Under the pieces are notes generated by a model, which saw nothing but the letters and a program-made list of their open reading frames with translations, was not told the origin of the DNA and searched no databases. Shown here one piece after another: positions 1-10,891 of a stretch of 64,000 bases of DNA (position 1 is the stretch's first letter; every line of letters begins with the position of its first letter). The DNA is taken from contig JAIBCL010000031.1 of the NCBI GenBank assembly GCA_019694165.1, positions 7,708-71,707 on the forward strand, read 5' to 3'. The DNA is from Verrucomicrobiaceae bacterium. GTDB taxonomy: Bacteria > Verrucomicrobiota > Verrucomicrobiia > Verrucomicrobiales > Verrucomicrobiaceae. The translations under genes and the position numbers were made by a program.

Positions 1-3000
1 GACGGCATCCTGTCAGGGAACAACACCTGGGTCTTTAAGAATGCCGGCACAACCACGCTCACCGGTGTGAACACCTTCAACACCGGCAACACCTACATCG
101 ACAAGGGCATCGTGGTGATGAACAACGCCTCCGGCACCGCCATGCAGGATGACAATGACATCCATGTCCTCCAGGGCGCCACCCTGCGCGCGGCCAATAC
201 CGAGACCATCGGCCAGCTCTACATGCAGCGCGGAGCCACGATGAACATCCTGGCGGGCGCGAATCTTACGGTGGACGACGGCAGCGCGCAGTTGATTGCG
301 GGGGCGATTACGGGGGCTGGGAATCTCACGCTATCTGGTACGCTCACCACGACGGGGCTGTTGGGCAATTATATGGCGATGTACGGCACCAACACACTTA
401 CCGGTGATGTTACCATTTTCAACAATGCCGGTATTCAGAGTCCTAATCTGACGAACGCGCTGGGATCCGCCGCATCCATCTTGCTCGGCAACGGAGGCAA
501 CATCGAGTACGTGGGTGCCGGTGAGACTTTCAACAAGGACATCTCACTGGTGTTCAGTGGAAATCGCATCACTGCCAACGGGACAGGAGCTCTCACGCTT
601 GCTGGCAAGATCACCGCTGCCAGCAGCGGCACCCTCCAGCTAACCGGTCAGACAGGAGGCTACTACAACCCGATCACCAACAAGATCACCGGCACCATCG
701 ACGAGGGGCCGTATTTCTTGGGGCTTGCGATGCCGGCAGTCAACAACGATGACCGATTTGGCGTTACCGGGCGCTGGGCTCTTACGAACAAGAACAACTA
801 CTTTTCAGGAGACATTACGGTCAATGTGGGCATCCTTGAGTTTGGCGGTGTGCTGAACGACGGTGGCCCGGGCCTGGGAGGTTTGGGAAATGGAAGTGGT
901 ACCACAAGTTCAATGGGCGACCTTGTCACGTTTACGCGTTTCATTGATCTCGGTACCGCGAGTTTCGATGGCCGCCGCTACGACGCCTTTGGCGGTGGCG
1001 ACCAGATCGGCGCCGTGGCAGTGGGCACGCCGACCAATGCGCTCACGCCAACGGGCTCGGTAGGCACCATTCTTTTCAATGATCCAAACTCCGGCGCCGC
1101 CACGCTCGGCTCGAACATCCGCTTCACCCAATCCTGGAGCAGCACCACGAATCCGGGCGCGGGCCAGATCATCAACGACGGCGCGAAGGTCATCGTCATC
1201 AACGGTGCCCTGACCTCCGGTGCCAGTGGTGACCGCAACTGGATACTCGACGGCTCCAACACGGGTGCCAACACCATCAACGGCGTCATTTCCAACGGCT
1301 CGGGCAACGTCGTGGGCATTCTCAAGGAAGGTGCCGGCACCTGGCGGTTGAATCAGGCGGCCAACACCTTCACGGGCACCGTGACCGTCGCGAACGGCAC
1401 GCTCCAGGTGGCCGGCGGCGGCGCGATCGGCGACTCCGCGCTCGTCGCCATCAGCGGCGCGGGTGCCGACGGCGTCTTCTCCGGCACGGCCATGTTCCAG
1501 GTGACGGCCAGCGAGACCATCGGCACGCTGACCGGCAACATCAACACATTCGCCTTCATCGAGAACGGCGTGACGCTGACCATCGCCGGCGGCAGCAGCA
1601 CCATGAACGGCAGCATCATCGGCCTCGGCGGCCTGACGCGCACCGTGTCCGGAAGCGCGGCGGGCACCCTGACCGCCACGGCCAGGAACTCATACAGCGG
1701 CCCCACCACCATCGGGGCCGTGGGTACTGCCACTGCCAGTGCCGGCATGACCGTTTACCACCTTGCCGACGGCGGCCTTCTGAGCGGCATTGGCTCATCA
1801 CCCAGTGCGGCATCGAATCTAGTGTTCGTCAGCAATACTGCGGCCAACCAAGGCGGCACCCTCACCTGGCAGGGCTTCAGCAGCCAGAGCACGGACCGTC
1901 TTTTCACCATGGGCCTCGGCACTCTCGCCGCCCGCATTGATGCCTCTGGCACCGTCATCGGGACGACAGCGCCGACGGTTGCCTTCAGCAACACCGGTGC
2001 CATCGCCATGGCGGGTTCCGGCACGCGCACGCTCACGCTTGGCGGCACCGCGATCAGCAACAACACCTTCCGTCCGCAGATCACCGACGGCGGCGGTGCC
2101 ACGACTCTGATCAAGACCGCTGCCGGCCTCTGGCTGCTCAATCCAGGCGCGGCCGGCAATACCTACACCGGTGGTACCACGATTTCCGGCGGCACACTGG
2201 CCATCCAGGCCGGCAATGCGCTCGGGACGAATACCGTCACGATCAATGGCGGCGCGGGTGTCGGCCTTGAGCTTCGCAATGGCATCACGCTGGGCAATGC
2301 CATCACCAACGTCACCGCCGACGGAGGAATCCGGGCGAGCAGCGGCACCAATGTCTTGAGCGGTACCGTCACGGCCACCAATCAGATTCGTCTGGTGGTG
2401 GATGCCGGTGCGTCCATCGAACTGAACAATGGCACCACCTCCCTCACGGGCGCCGGTCCGCTGCTGAAGTTTGGCGAGGGCAACCTGATCCTCTCCGGCG
2501 TCAACAACGCCACCGGTGCCACGACGGTGCGCGGCGGCGTGCTGGTGCTCGACTACCTCACAAACAACACCACCAAACTCGCCGACGGGGCCGCCCTCAC
2601 GCTTGGCGGTTCAGGCGGTCTTACCACGGTCGGCGTGGACGACAACGTCGCCGGTCAGACCTATGTCCTGGGCACCACGGGCGGCACCGTTCGGCTCAAG
2701 GACGGCAGCCACACCGAAGTGGTCTCCGCCACCACTCTTTCGCAGGGGGCCAATGCCGTCACACGCGTGAGCGGCACCTCGGTGCTGCGCATGAACACCG
2801 TCACCCGCAATGCCGGGGCCACCATCGACTTCGGTGCCGCCAGCATCGCTCAGACGGACAACAACAACACCAACGGCATCCTCGGCATCGGCTATGCCAC
2901 GGTCGCCAAGACCGACTGGGCCACCAGCGTGACGTCCGGTGCTGCGGACACGCCGGTCACCGCCTTCAGCGCGTACAGCACCGACAGCTACGGCGCCACG

Positions 3001-6000
3001 AACAATGTGAACGTCACCACCTTCGCCGGCGTCGGCACCGCCGCGAACACCCTGCGCTTCAACACCGCGGCCGGCGGCACGCTGAATCTCGGCGCGGCCA
3101 CCTTCGCCATGACCGGCGGCGGCCTGCTTGTGACGCCCAACGTGACCACAGGCCCGGTCATCATCACGAACGGCACCATCCGCAACGCGGCCACCACCGC
3201 CGGCCTCGAGGCGCTGATCATCCAGCAGCACAGCACCGCGCAGGCGTTGCAGATCGACGCCATCATTGCCAACAACACCAACGCACAGGCGCTGACCAAG
3301 TCCGGCGCGGGTTTGGTGATTTTGAATGCCCAGAACACGCAGACCGGCAGCTTGAATCTCAACGAAGGCGAGCTGCAGGTCGGCGGCACGGCGGCGGCAC
3401 CGACCACAGCCACTTCCGCCCGTCTTGGCGGTGCCAACGTGGCCGTCAACATGAGCGGCAAGACCACGCTGCGCTTCCTCTCGTCGGATTCCGCGGTGCA
3501 GGATCTTTCCACCGTGCAGGGCGGCGGCACCTTCGTCCTGGCTGCGGGCAATGCGATGCCGGTACTGCTGGACACGGACAACAGCAACTACTTCGGGGAG
3601 ATCGAGGTGCGCGGCGGCGTGCTGCAGGTGGGTGCCAATGACAACGCGCTCGGATCGACGCGTGGCATCACGACGATCTTCAATGGCGGCACGGTGCAGA
3701 TCAACGACAACCGGAACATCGGCGAATTCATGTACCTGACCGAGGGAGCGGCGTTGACCACGCTGCCAGCAGCTGCCGCCACCTTGAGCGGACCGCAGTT
3801 CCTCCAGAACACGACGGCAGCCGGCGCCACCTTCAACATTCCGGCTCCCACCACGGCGGGCACGGTCGGCTTGAACATCTCGGGCATCGTCAACGGCGCC
3901 AACGGTTTCACCAAGACTGGCGACGGCATCCTGCAGATCAGCGCGAACAATTTCACTGACGTGATCGACGGCTTCACGAGCGCGAACAAATCACCGTCCC
4001 TCGCCGGTCAGATCAAGGTGAACCAAGGAGTCCTGTATGTGGGCAATGCCCGGGCGCTCAGCGCCACCGGTGCCGGCAATGAAACCGTGGTGGCCGCCGG
4101 CGCCACGCTCGATCTGCGCGGCCAGTCGCTCAACTATGGCGACGACAGCGATCCTGCCCGCGAGATCATCAAGATTACCGGCACCGGCGTGAACGGCACG
4201 GGCGCGCTGCGGAACACGACGGGCACCGGCCAGCTCTCCGGCCTGGTGCTCGATGCCAATGCGACAGTGAGCGGAGGCGGTTTCGTCAATGGCTCCCGCC
4301 TCGACCTCTCTACCTACGACACCAACATCAACAACGCCTCCACGGTGCCGGGAAACTTCACGCGCAACCAGCCGACGCTGGCCGGCAATGGGCGGAATCT
4401 CGTCGTGCTCGGCAGCACCACGAATGCAAACTTTGTGATGCATGAGACCAGCATCACCAGCCCCCTGAGTTCCATCACGGTGAAGGAAGGCGTGATGCGC
4501 ATCGAACAGGATGTGGGGCCGAACACCACATGGTCCGGCATGACGGCGGCGAACGTGACCAACGGCATCACCATCGCCTATGGCGGCCAGAGCCTCGCCG
4601 ACCAGACGAATGCCGCCCTCGGTAACGGCCCGAACGTCGGCGCGAGGTTGAATCTGTTCCGCAACTCCGACATCCATCACACGGTGAACATCGCGATGGA
4701 CGGTGTGACGGCGGCGGCCAACGGCGGCTACAACTACATCGACATTGGCACCGACACGATTGTCGCGCCGCGCACCTATCTTGACGGTACCATCACGCTC
4801 TCGGGCACGGCTGACCGGAACTTCTTCCAGACCGAGGCAGGCGGAAATTTCAGCGTGGTCGAACAGGGTAATCTCACCGTGGGCTTGCGCAGCAAGCTAA
4901 TCGTCGGCGGCCAGATCACCGGTGCCGGCGGGTTCACCAAGACGGGCTTCAGCGAACTGCGCCTGACGAACAACAACGACTTCACCGGTGGTCTCAACGT
5001 GCTGCGCTTCGGCACCAGTTCCTCGCCATGGCAGAGCAACACGGTGCAGATCAATGGCAAGGACTACCAGACCTTCGGCGATGGAGAAGGCTGGGCCGAG
5101 TGGGGGCTCACGCTGAGCGGCACGAACGGAAAAGTCTCGGGCACCTCCGCCATCACGCTCCAGCGCCGCGGCATGATCACGCTCGACAACACCTCGCGCC
5201 TGAATCTGAGCTCCGGCGGCGCAGTCGGCGGCAACAACAACGATCGCATCAACAACGCCGCGAGTCTGAACCTGAGCGACGGCTGGCTGCGAATCAATGG
5301 CGGCACGGACGACAATACCGAAGCTCTCGCCACCGCTGGTGGCGCGAAGATGAACGTGCAGTCCGGCACCACGATTCTCGATCTCTACCCGACCGACGGC
5401 CAGAACAAGAACATGACGCTGACCGTGGGTGAGATCACCCGCGCCCAGGGCGGTGTGCTTCGCATCCAGGATCTCGACGCCACTTCCACTTTCAGCACGA
5501 GTGCGGCGCCGACCACGGACAGCGTGCGTGTGGCGCTCACCAGCATCGGCACACTTTCGCAGGTCGGTGGCGGCGGTGCGTCTGGCAGCACGAACCGGAA
5601 CCTCGTCGTCGGCGTTCTGGGAGGCGTGATCCCGCTCGGTCTCGACACGGACTTCCGCATCCTAGGCTTCAATAATTCGGCTTCCAACGCCGCCTCGGTG
5701 CCCACCACGAACCTCACCGACCTCTACAATCAGCAGCGGAATCTCCAGTTCCTCGCCGGCAGTCACTTCATGACCTACGACGGCGGCTACCTCCGTCCAC
5801 TTGATGACTCGGAGTATTTTACGCCAGCCAACGGCGTGCTCTCGACCGCGAACGGCGGCGGCCAGAATGTGAATCTGAATGATGCCGCCACCATCATGTA
5901 CGGCGACACCACGATCAACGCCCTGCGGTTTGGCGCTTTGGCGGACAACAATGGCTCGGGCGGCACGGTGCAGGCCGGCACCACGCTGACCAGTTTGATC

Positions 6001-9000
6001 GACCATCATGGCGTCAATCTCTACGTTGATGGCACGCTCTCGATCACCTCCGGCATGATCAGCAGCGCCTATTTCACCATCGGCAACAGCTCAAGCCTCT
6101 CCACCATCATTCTCGGCGGCAATCTCGACTTCGGCGCCCGCGAGGCCATCATCAACAATCAGAACGGCATGTACCGCCTCACGGACGGCCTCATCGCCAC
6201 AGGCAATCTCGAAGTCCGCTCGAACATCCTCGGCAGCGGCGGCCTCACCAAGACCGGCCTCGCCCAGGTCGTGCTCGACGGCCAGAACGCCTACAGCGGC
6301 CTCACCACCATCAATGACGGCACGCTCTTCCTGCGCAACGGCCGCACGGCCCTCGGCGTGGGTGGTGCGGGCAACGGCGTGTACATCAGCGGCAACGGCA
6401 ACCTGAACTCCGGCAATGGCATCCAGGTCGGTACCGCCGCCGCACATGAGGACATTCTCGTCGGTCCGCTCGCCGGTGATCAGCAGGTCATGCGGGTGGA
6501 CAACGACCTGACCAACTGGTTCTCGAACCTCACCATCGACAACATCGACGTGGCCGGCCTGCCGCTGGGCACGCCGCGCATCCGCACGGACAATCAGGCC
6601 ACCAGCCTGATCAACGGCAACATTGGCGGCGGTTTGACGCCGATCTCGGGCGACGTGCTCGCCGTGGATTCCCGAGTGGTGCAGTTCGAGAGCGCGGGCA
6701 ACAACACTTTCATCATTCGCGGCCAGATCGGCGACAAGATCGACGGCAGCGGCAACGCCGTGCCGATCTCATTCCCGATCTCCACGCTGCCCACGCTCGC
6801 TGGCATCCGCACCAACGAGAACGAGGTGCTGCGCGTAACCTTCGCCGGCGGCACCGACGAGACGAACTTCATCCTCGACCGTCAGTACAACGCGGCGGGC
6901 CGCCTGACGCTGGCCCGCGGCACGACCACGATCAATTACGACCCCGCCGGTGGAGGTCTCGACGGTACCGGCTTCTGGACGACGGCGGCGCTGAGCAAGA
7001 TTCCGAACGCGGACTCGACCACCGTTAGCTTCGCCGTCAACGGGGGCACCACGCAGGAAGGATTTGTGATGGGCACGACGGGCAACACCTACAACGGCCT
7101 CTTCCTCGGCCGGGCGGGGCAGAACTTCAACATGGCATCGTGGTCCACGGTGGGCACGGGCACGAAGGTGATCGGCGGCCTGAACACATCGGGTGTCTCG
7201 ACGTTCGGCGATGGCACCGGCAGCCTCACCATTGCCGGCACGGCTGTGAACCTGTATGCGCCGGGCGGCGGCACGGTCGTTTTCAATCAGCGCATGACCG
7301 GCAGCCCGGGCACCACTCCAAACAACATCGGCATCGTCAAGATCGGCCGCGGTACGGTCGAGTTGCAAAACACGGGGCTGAACTCCGCCGGCGACTCGAA
7401 CTTTGAGATCGCGGGCGGCACGCTCGTGCTGAATCACAACGGCCAGAATGTGGCGCGTGTCGGCGCGGGCAATTCCGCATTCTCCGGCGGCGTCCTCGAC
7501 GTGCAGGCAAACACCACGGGGGCCACGGTGGCAAACTTCTCGACGACGAACGCGGCGAACGTGCTCACCCAGTTCCGCGCGGGCGCGAACGAGATAATCG
7601 CCGAGGCGCGCAGCGGCCAGTCGATGACCGTGAACATCGGCAACGCGAACGCGAACAGCAGCGTGGCCAATCTCACCCGCGCCGCAGGGGCGACGGCAAA
7701 CTTTGTGGAATGGTCCAACACCACCGGGACGCCGGTCATCACCATGGATTACAACGCCACGACTGCCGCCACGATGGCGAAGAACTCACTGATCTCGTGG
7801 GCCACCTACGGCACGGCTCCGCGGACGGCGATTGACTTTGCGATGGTGGACGGCGCCGCGTCGAACCGCGTCAAGGTTTTCGCACGGCAGGTGGTGGAGG
7901 AGCAGAATGACGTAACTCTCTGGAGCACCATCGCCGGGGCCACCGGCGGTCCGGCCAACGTGAGTGAGAGCGGCAGCAGCGGATTCCGCGGCACGTTGGT
8001 GACCGAGACGGTGAACTCCGTGCACTTCGACGCGCCGGCCGACAGCCGCATCGACATCTCGGGCACGCTCAACGTGGTGAGCGGCGGCATCATGGTGGCC
8101 TCCGGCACCGGCTACGCGAACAAGACGATCAGCGGCGGCAACATTACCGCCGGCGCAGGGTCGAACGGCGAGATCATCATCCACCACTACGGCCTGGGGA
8201 ATCTCGCCATCGACTCCGACATCAGCGGCCCGAGCTCGCTGACGATCACCGGGCCGAGCACGGTCGATCCGGTCAACTTCAACTCCACCGGCGTCGTGAC
8301 GCTCGTGGGCACGAATGTTTACACCGGCAAGACCACCATCAACGGCGGCGTGCTCAGCATCGCCACGGAGGCCAGCATCGGCGCTGTGCCCACGACCGCC
8401 GTGGCGGACCAGCTCACCATCAACGGCGGCACGCTGCGCTTTACCGGCAACAATGAGAGCATGACGCAGAACCGCGGCGTCACCATCGGCGGCTCCGGTG
8501 CGGTCTTCGAGATCACCAAGCCGGACGCGAATCTTTTCCTGGAGAATTCCATCTCATCGACCGGTGCCTTCCGCGGCGACCTGATCAAGGCCGGTCCCGG
8601 TACGCTCACGATCGAAGGTGACTCGGGGAATAATCCGAACTTCCAGGGCCTCATCGACGTGCGCGAGGGCACGCTGCGCATCGCCGGCGAGGACAGCACG
8701 CTCACCAATGCCACCACCACAAAGACGATTCTCGGCACCAGTCTCTCCGCCGCGGACGGCACCATCTTCCGCAACGGCACGAACTTCGTCATCCAGATGG
8801 GCCACGGCTCGGAGAATACCATCAACACGGTGGAGTGGCTCGTGGACGAGTTCTTCACCTTCGAGGGGAACAACCGCGTGACCTCCGGCCTCGTCGGTTT
8901 GCAGTACCTGCGGCTCACCGACCTCACCCTTCAGACGGACAACAAGACTGTGAACCTCAACGGGCCGATCGCCGTGAATGGCACGGTGACCTTCGATACT

Positions 9001-10785
9001 CTGGGCAATCAGATTATGCGCCTGAACAACGGCAGCGGCTACCTCACTGGATCAGGCGACATCGTCAAGGAAGGCACCGGTCGCCTCGAGTTCCGCGCCA
9101 ACATCCCGGACTGGAAGGGCGCCCTCGTCATCAATCAGGGTGATGTCTATGCGCTGAATCAGGCCGACGTGCTCGGTACGGGGAACCTCACCGGCAAGAC
9201 CATCACCATCGGCTCCACCGAGGAGGCCGGTACGGCGCGCCTGCTCCTTCAGAATCCTGACACTGTGCAAAACTGGGCCGTGGAGATCAATCACGACATC
9301 AGTGTCACCTACAATCCCGCGCAGACGAAGACCCTCGGCATGGAGACTGTGGGCAACGGCAACAAGATCAGCTACAACGGTTCCATCACGCTTAACGACA
9401 ATCTCAACATCTACATGAACGATGCCGCCGAGGTCGGCGGCAGCCAGAACTACGTGAACTTCAACGGTCAGTTCAAAGACGGCGCCCTGACCAGCGGGAA
9501 CATCACGTTCTTCGGCGATGACGGCAGCGGCGGCGCGAATGACAATACGAGCGGGCGCACCGTGAACTACGCCGTGCTCAACGCCAACAACAGCCTGTGG
9601 ACCGGTGACGTCCATATCAGCGCCAACACCACCTACGACCAGGACCAGACCACCGTGGTCCGCCTCGGCCACATGCAGGCACTGAACCCGGTCAATGACG
9701 TGACGATGAACTTCAACTCCATGCTTCAGGTGGCGGGCCAGGATGCATCCATCGGCGGCCTCATCACCAACGGCGGCAACGGGCCGTTCTACGGCCAGAC
9801 GAACACCATGTACGCCAGCACCAATGGCAGCACCGAGATCATCGAGAACGCGGCGCTCACGCCCGGTACGCTCACGATCAACCAGACCACCCCGGTGTCC
9901 GCGGAAGTGGCTTGGGATGCCAAGTTCCGCGACGGCACGCTCAACAGCGTCTTCTTCGCTCCCGGGACCAACACGAACCAGCCAAGCGCCGCCTTGAATC
10001 TGGTGAAGGCAGGCAATGGCTGGGCGGTCCTGACCCTTGACAATGACTATACCGGCACGACGACCGTCACCGCCGGCGTGCTCCAGGTGGGCCGCAATGG
10101 GGTGGGCGACACCGGTGCCATCAACGCCGCCGGACTCACGGTGAACAGCGGCGCCACCCTGGCCGGCACCGGCATCGTGCAAGGCAATGCGGTCCTGAAT
10201 GCCGGAGCGTTCTTGAAGCCGGGTGACGCGGCAGGCGGCGCCATCGGCACGCTGACCTTTGCAGGCAATGCCACCATCACCGGCACCACCACCACGCTCC
10301 AGGCCGCGCGCGCGAGCTACAACAACACCGGCTGGGTGGGCTACACGGCCGGCGCCCCGTATGCTTCGTGGATATCGAACATCCCCTCCGACCTCTACTC
10401 GTCCACCTTGAGCGATCCCGTGCTGAGCGATCAGCACGACGTCGTCAGCGTCCTTGGCACGCTCAGTTGGGCATCAGGGACCACCAAACTGGTGGTGACG
10501 AACAGCGGCTACAATCCCGTCGTGGGTGACATCTTCGACTTCTTTGACTGGTTCGCGGTCAGCGGTGCCATCAATGTGGGAGCTGCCTTGCGCACCGGAG
10601 CGGAGACGGGGACGGATCTGGACCTGTTTGAGCTGGGTGGTGACTACCGCTGGGATACCAGCTTGTTCAATTCACAGGGCATCCTCGTCGTCGTCTTGCC
10701 GGGCATCGTGCCGGAGCCGGGTCGCATGATGCTGCTCGTCCTCGGTGCATCCGCGCTGTTGTTCCGTCGTCGTCGCACCAGTTGA
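1..10785 (+). CDS. Giant PEP-CTERM surface protein, paralog A (5'-truncated by window edge; >3594 aa visible). Built from autotransporter-associated beta-strand repeats and ends in a PEP-CTERM sorting signal.
   Basis: The frame is open from nt 1, so the true start lies upstream; nt 1-90 translate to DGILSGNNTWVFKNAGTTTLTGVNTFNTGNTY, which aligns to the interior of gene B at about nt 17761. Hundreds of degenerate G-x-G-x-L-x-K-x-G-x-GTLTLSG-x-NTYTGGTTI type units. C-terminus is VPEPGRMMLLVLGASALLFRRRRTS, i.e. VPEP + hydrophobic helix + Arg cluster = PEP-CTERM. Stop TGA at 10783-10785. Confidence 0.85.
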   Translation, partial: DGILSGNNTWVFKNAGTTTLTGVNTFNTGNTYIDKGIVVMNNASGTAMQDDNDIHVLQGATLRAANTETIGQLYMQRGATMNILAGANLTVDDGSAQLIAGAITGAGNLTLSGTLTTTGLLGNYMAMYGTNTLTGDVTIFNNAGIQSPNLTNALGSAASILLGNGGNIEYVGAGETFNKDISLVFSGNRITANGTGALTLAGKITAASSGTLQLTGQTGGYYNPITNKITGTIDEGPYFLGLAMPAVNNDDRFGVTGRWALTNKNNYFSGDITVNVGILEFGGVLNDGGPGLGGLGNGSGTTSSMGDLVTFTRFIDLGTASFDGRRYDAFGGGDQIGAVAVGTPTNALTPTGSVGTILFNDPNSGAATLGSNIRFTQSWSSTTNPGAGQIINDGAKVIVINGALTSGASGDRNWILDGSNTGANTINGVISNGSGNVVGILKEGAGTWRLNQAANTFTGTVTVANGTLQVAGGGAIGDSALVAISGAGADGVFSGTAMFQVTASETIGTLTGNINTFAFIENGVTLTIAGGSSTMNGSIIGLGGLTRTVSGSAAGTLTATARNSYSGPTTIGAVGTATASAGMTVYHLADGGLLSGIGSSPSAASNLVFVSNTAANQGGTLTWQGFSSQSTDRLFTMGLGTLAARIDASGTVIGTTAPTVAFSNTGAIAMAGSGTRTLTLGGTAISNNTFRPQITDGGGATTLIKTAAGLWLLNPGAAGNTYTGGTTISGGTLAIQAGNALGTNTVTINGGAGVGLELRNGITLGNAITNVTADGGIRASSGTNVLSGTVTATNQIRLVVDAGASIELNNGTTSLTGAGPLLKFGEGNLILSGVNNATGATTVRGGVLVLDYLTNNTTKLADGAALTLGGSGGLTTVGVDDNVAGQTYVLGTTGGTVRLKDGSHTEVVSATTLSQGANAVTRVSGTSVLRMNTVTRNAGATIDFGAASIAQTDNNNTNGILGIGYATVAKTDWATSVTSGAADTPVTAFSAYSTDSYGATNNVNVTTFAGVGTAANTLRFNTAAGGTLNLGAATFAMTGGGLLVTPNVTTGPVIITNGTIRNAATTAGLEALIIQQHSTAQALQIDAIIANNTNAQALTKSGAGLVILNAQNTQTGSLNLNEGELQVGGTAAAPTTATSARLGGANVAVNMSGKTTLRFLSSDSAVQDLSTVQGGGTFVLAAGNAMPVLLDTDNSNYFGEIEVRGGVLQVGANDNALGSTRGITTIFNGGTVQINDNRNIGEFMYLTEGAALTTLPAAAATLSGPQFLQNTTAAGATFNIPAPTTAGTVGLNISGIVNGANGFTKTGDGILQISANNFTDVIDGFTSANKSPSLAGQIKVNQGVLYVGNARALSATGAGNETVVAAGATLDLRGQSLNYGDDSDPAREIIKITGTGVNGTGALRNTTGTGQLSGLVLDANATVSGGGFVNGSRLDLSTYDTNINNASTVPGNFTRNQPTLAGNGRNLVVLGSTTNANFVMHETSITSPLSSITVKEGVMRIEQDVGPNTTWSGMTAANVTNGITIAYGGQSLADQTNAALGNGPNVGARLNLFRNSDIHHTVNIAMDGVTAAANGGYNYIDIGTDTIVAPRTYLDGTITLSGTADRNFFQTEAGGNFSVVEQGNLTVGLRSKLIVGGQITGAGGFTKTGFSELRLTNNNDFTGGLNVLRFGTSSSPWQSNTVQINGKDYQTFGDGEGWAEWGLTLSGTNGKVSGTSAITLQRRGMITLDNTSRLNLSSGGAVGGNNNDRINNAASLNLSDGWLRINGGTDDNTEALATAGGAKMNVQSGTTILDLYPTDGQNKNMTLTVGEITRAQGGVLRIQDLDATSTFSTSAAPTTDSVRVALTSIGTLSQVGGGGASGSTNRNLVVGVLGGVIPLGLDTDFRILGFNNSASNAASVPTTNLTDLYNQQRNLQFLAGSHFMTYDGGYLRPLDDSEYFTPANGVLSTANGGGQNVNLNDAATIMYGDTTINALRFGALADNNGSGGTVQAGTTLTSLIDHHGVNLYVDGTLSITSGMISSAYFTIGNSSSLSTIILGGNLDFGAREAIINNQNGMYRLTDGLIATGNLEVRSNILGSGGLTKTGLAQVVLDGQNAYSGLTTINDGTLFLRNGRTALGVGGAGNGVYISGNGNLNSGNGIQVGTAAAHEDILVGPLAGDQQVMRVDNDLTNWFSNLTIDNIDVAGLPLGTPRIRTDNQATSLINGNIGGGLTPISGDVLAVDSRVVQFESAGNNTFIIRGQIGDKIDGSGNAVPISFPISTLPTLAGIRTNENEVLRVTFAGGTDETNFILDRQYNAAGRLTLARGTTTINYDPAGGGLDGTGFWTTAALSKIPNADSTTVSFAVNGGTTQEGFVMGTTGNTYNGLFLGRAGQNFNMASWSTVGTGTKVIGGLNTSGVSTFGDGTGSLTIAGTAVNLYAPGGGTVVFNQRMTGSPGTTPNNIGIVKIGRGTVELQNTGLNSAGDSNFEIAGGTLVLNHNGQNVARVGAGNSAFSGGVLDVQANTTGATVANFSTTNAANVLTQFRAGANEIIAEARSGQSMTVNIGNANANSSVANLTRAAGATANFVEWSNTTGTPVITMDYNATTAATMAKNSLISWATYGTAPRTAIDFAMVDGAASNRVKVFARQVVEEQNDVTLWSTIAGATGGPANVSESGSSGFRGTLVTETVNSVHFDAPADSRIDISGTLNVVSGGIMVASGTGYANKTISGGNITAGAGSNGEIIIHHYGLGNLAIDSDISGPSSLTITGPSTVDPVNFNSTGVVTLVGTNVYTGKTTINGGVLSIATEASIGAVPTTAVADQLTINGGTLRFTGNNESMTQNRGVTIGGSGAVFEITKPDANLFLENSISSTGAFRGDLIKAGPGTLTIEGDSGNNPNFQGLIDVREGTLRIAGEDSTLTNATTTKTILGTSLSAADGTIFRNGTNFVIQMGHGSENTINTVEWLVDEFFTFEGNNRVTSGLVGLQYLRLTDLTLQTDNKTVNLNGPIAVNGTVTFDTLGNQIMRLNNGSGYLTGSGDIVKEGTGRLEFRANIPDWKGALVINQGDVYALNQADVLGTGNLTGKTITIGSTEEAGTARLLLQNPDTVQNWAVEINHDISVTYNPAQTKTLGMETVGNGNKISYNGSITLNDNLNIYMNDAAEVGGSQNYVNFNGQFKDGALTSGNITFFGDDGSGGANDNTSGRTVNYAVLNANNSLWTGDVHISANTTYDQDQTTVVRLGHMQALNPVNDVTMNFNSMLQVAGQDASIGGLITNGGNGPFYGQTNTMYASTNGSTEIIENAALTPGTLTINQTTPVSAEVAWDAKFRDGTLNSVFFAPGTNTNQPSAALNLVKAGNGWAVLTLDNDYTGTTTVTAGVLQVGRNGVGDTGAINAAGLTVNSGATLAGTGIVQGNAVLNAGAFLKPGDAAGGAIGTLTFAGNATITGTTTTLQAARASYNNTGWVGYTAGAPYASWISNIPSDLYSSTLSDPVLSDQHDVVSVLGTLSWASGTTKLVVTNSGYNPVVGDIFDFFDWFAVSGAINVGAALRTGAETGTDLDLFELGGDYRWDTSLFNSQGILVVVLPGIVPEPGRMMLLVLGASALLFRRRRTS

Positions 10786-10796
10786 AAGCGTTTGCC

Positions 10797-10833
10797 GGCC
10801 GGGTCGGAACGCGCGCCCGGCCCGGTTTGTCTG
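10797..10833 (+). terminator. Putative intrinsic terminator after giant gene A
   Basis: GC stem GGCCGGG (10797-10803) pairs with CCCGGCC (10816-10822), 12-nt loop, followed by CCGGTTTGTCTG with a modest T-run. It starts 12 nt after the stop codon. The T-tract is weak. Confidence 0.3.
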
Positions 10834-10891
10834 ACACCTATTCCATCGAGTCAAGCGTCCGCCTTACCGTCTCCATCCTGCCACAGCCTGT

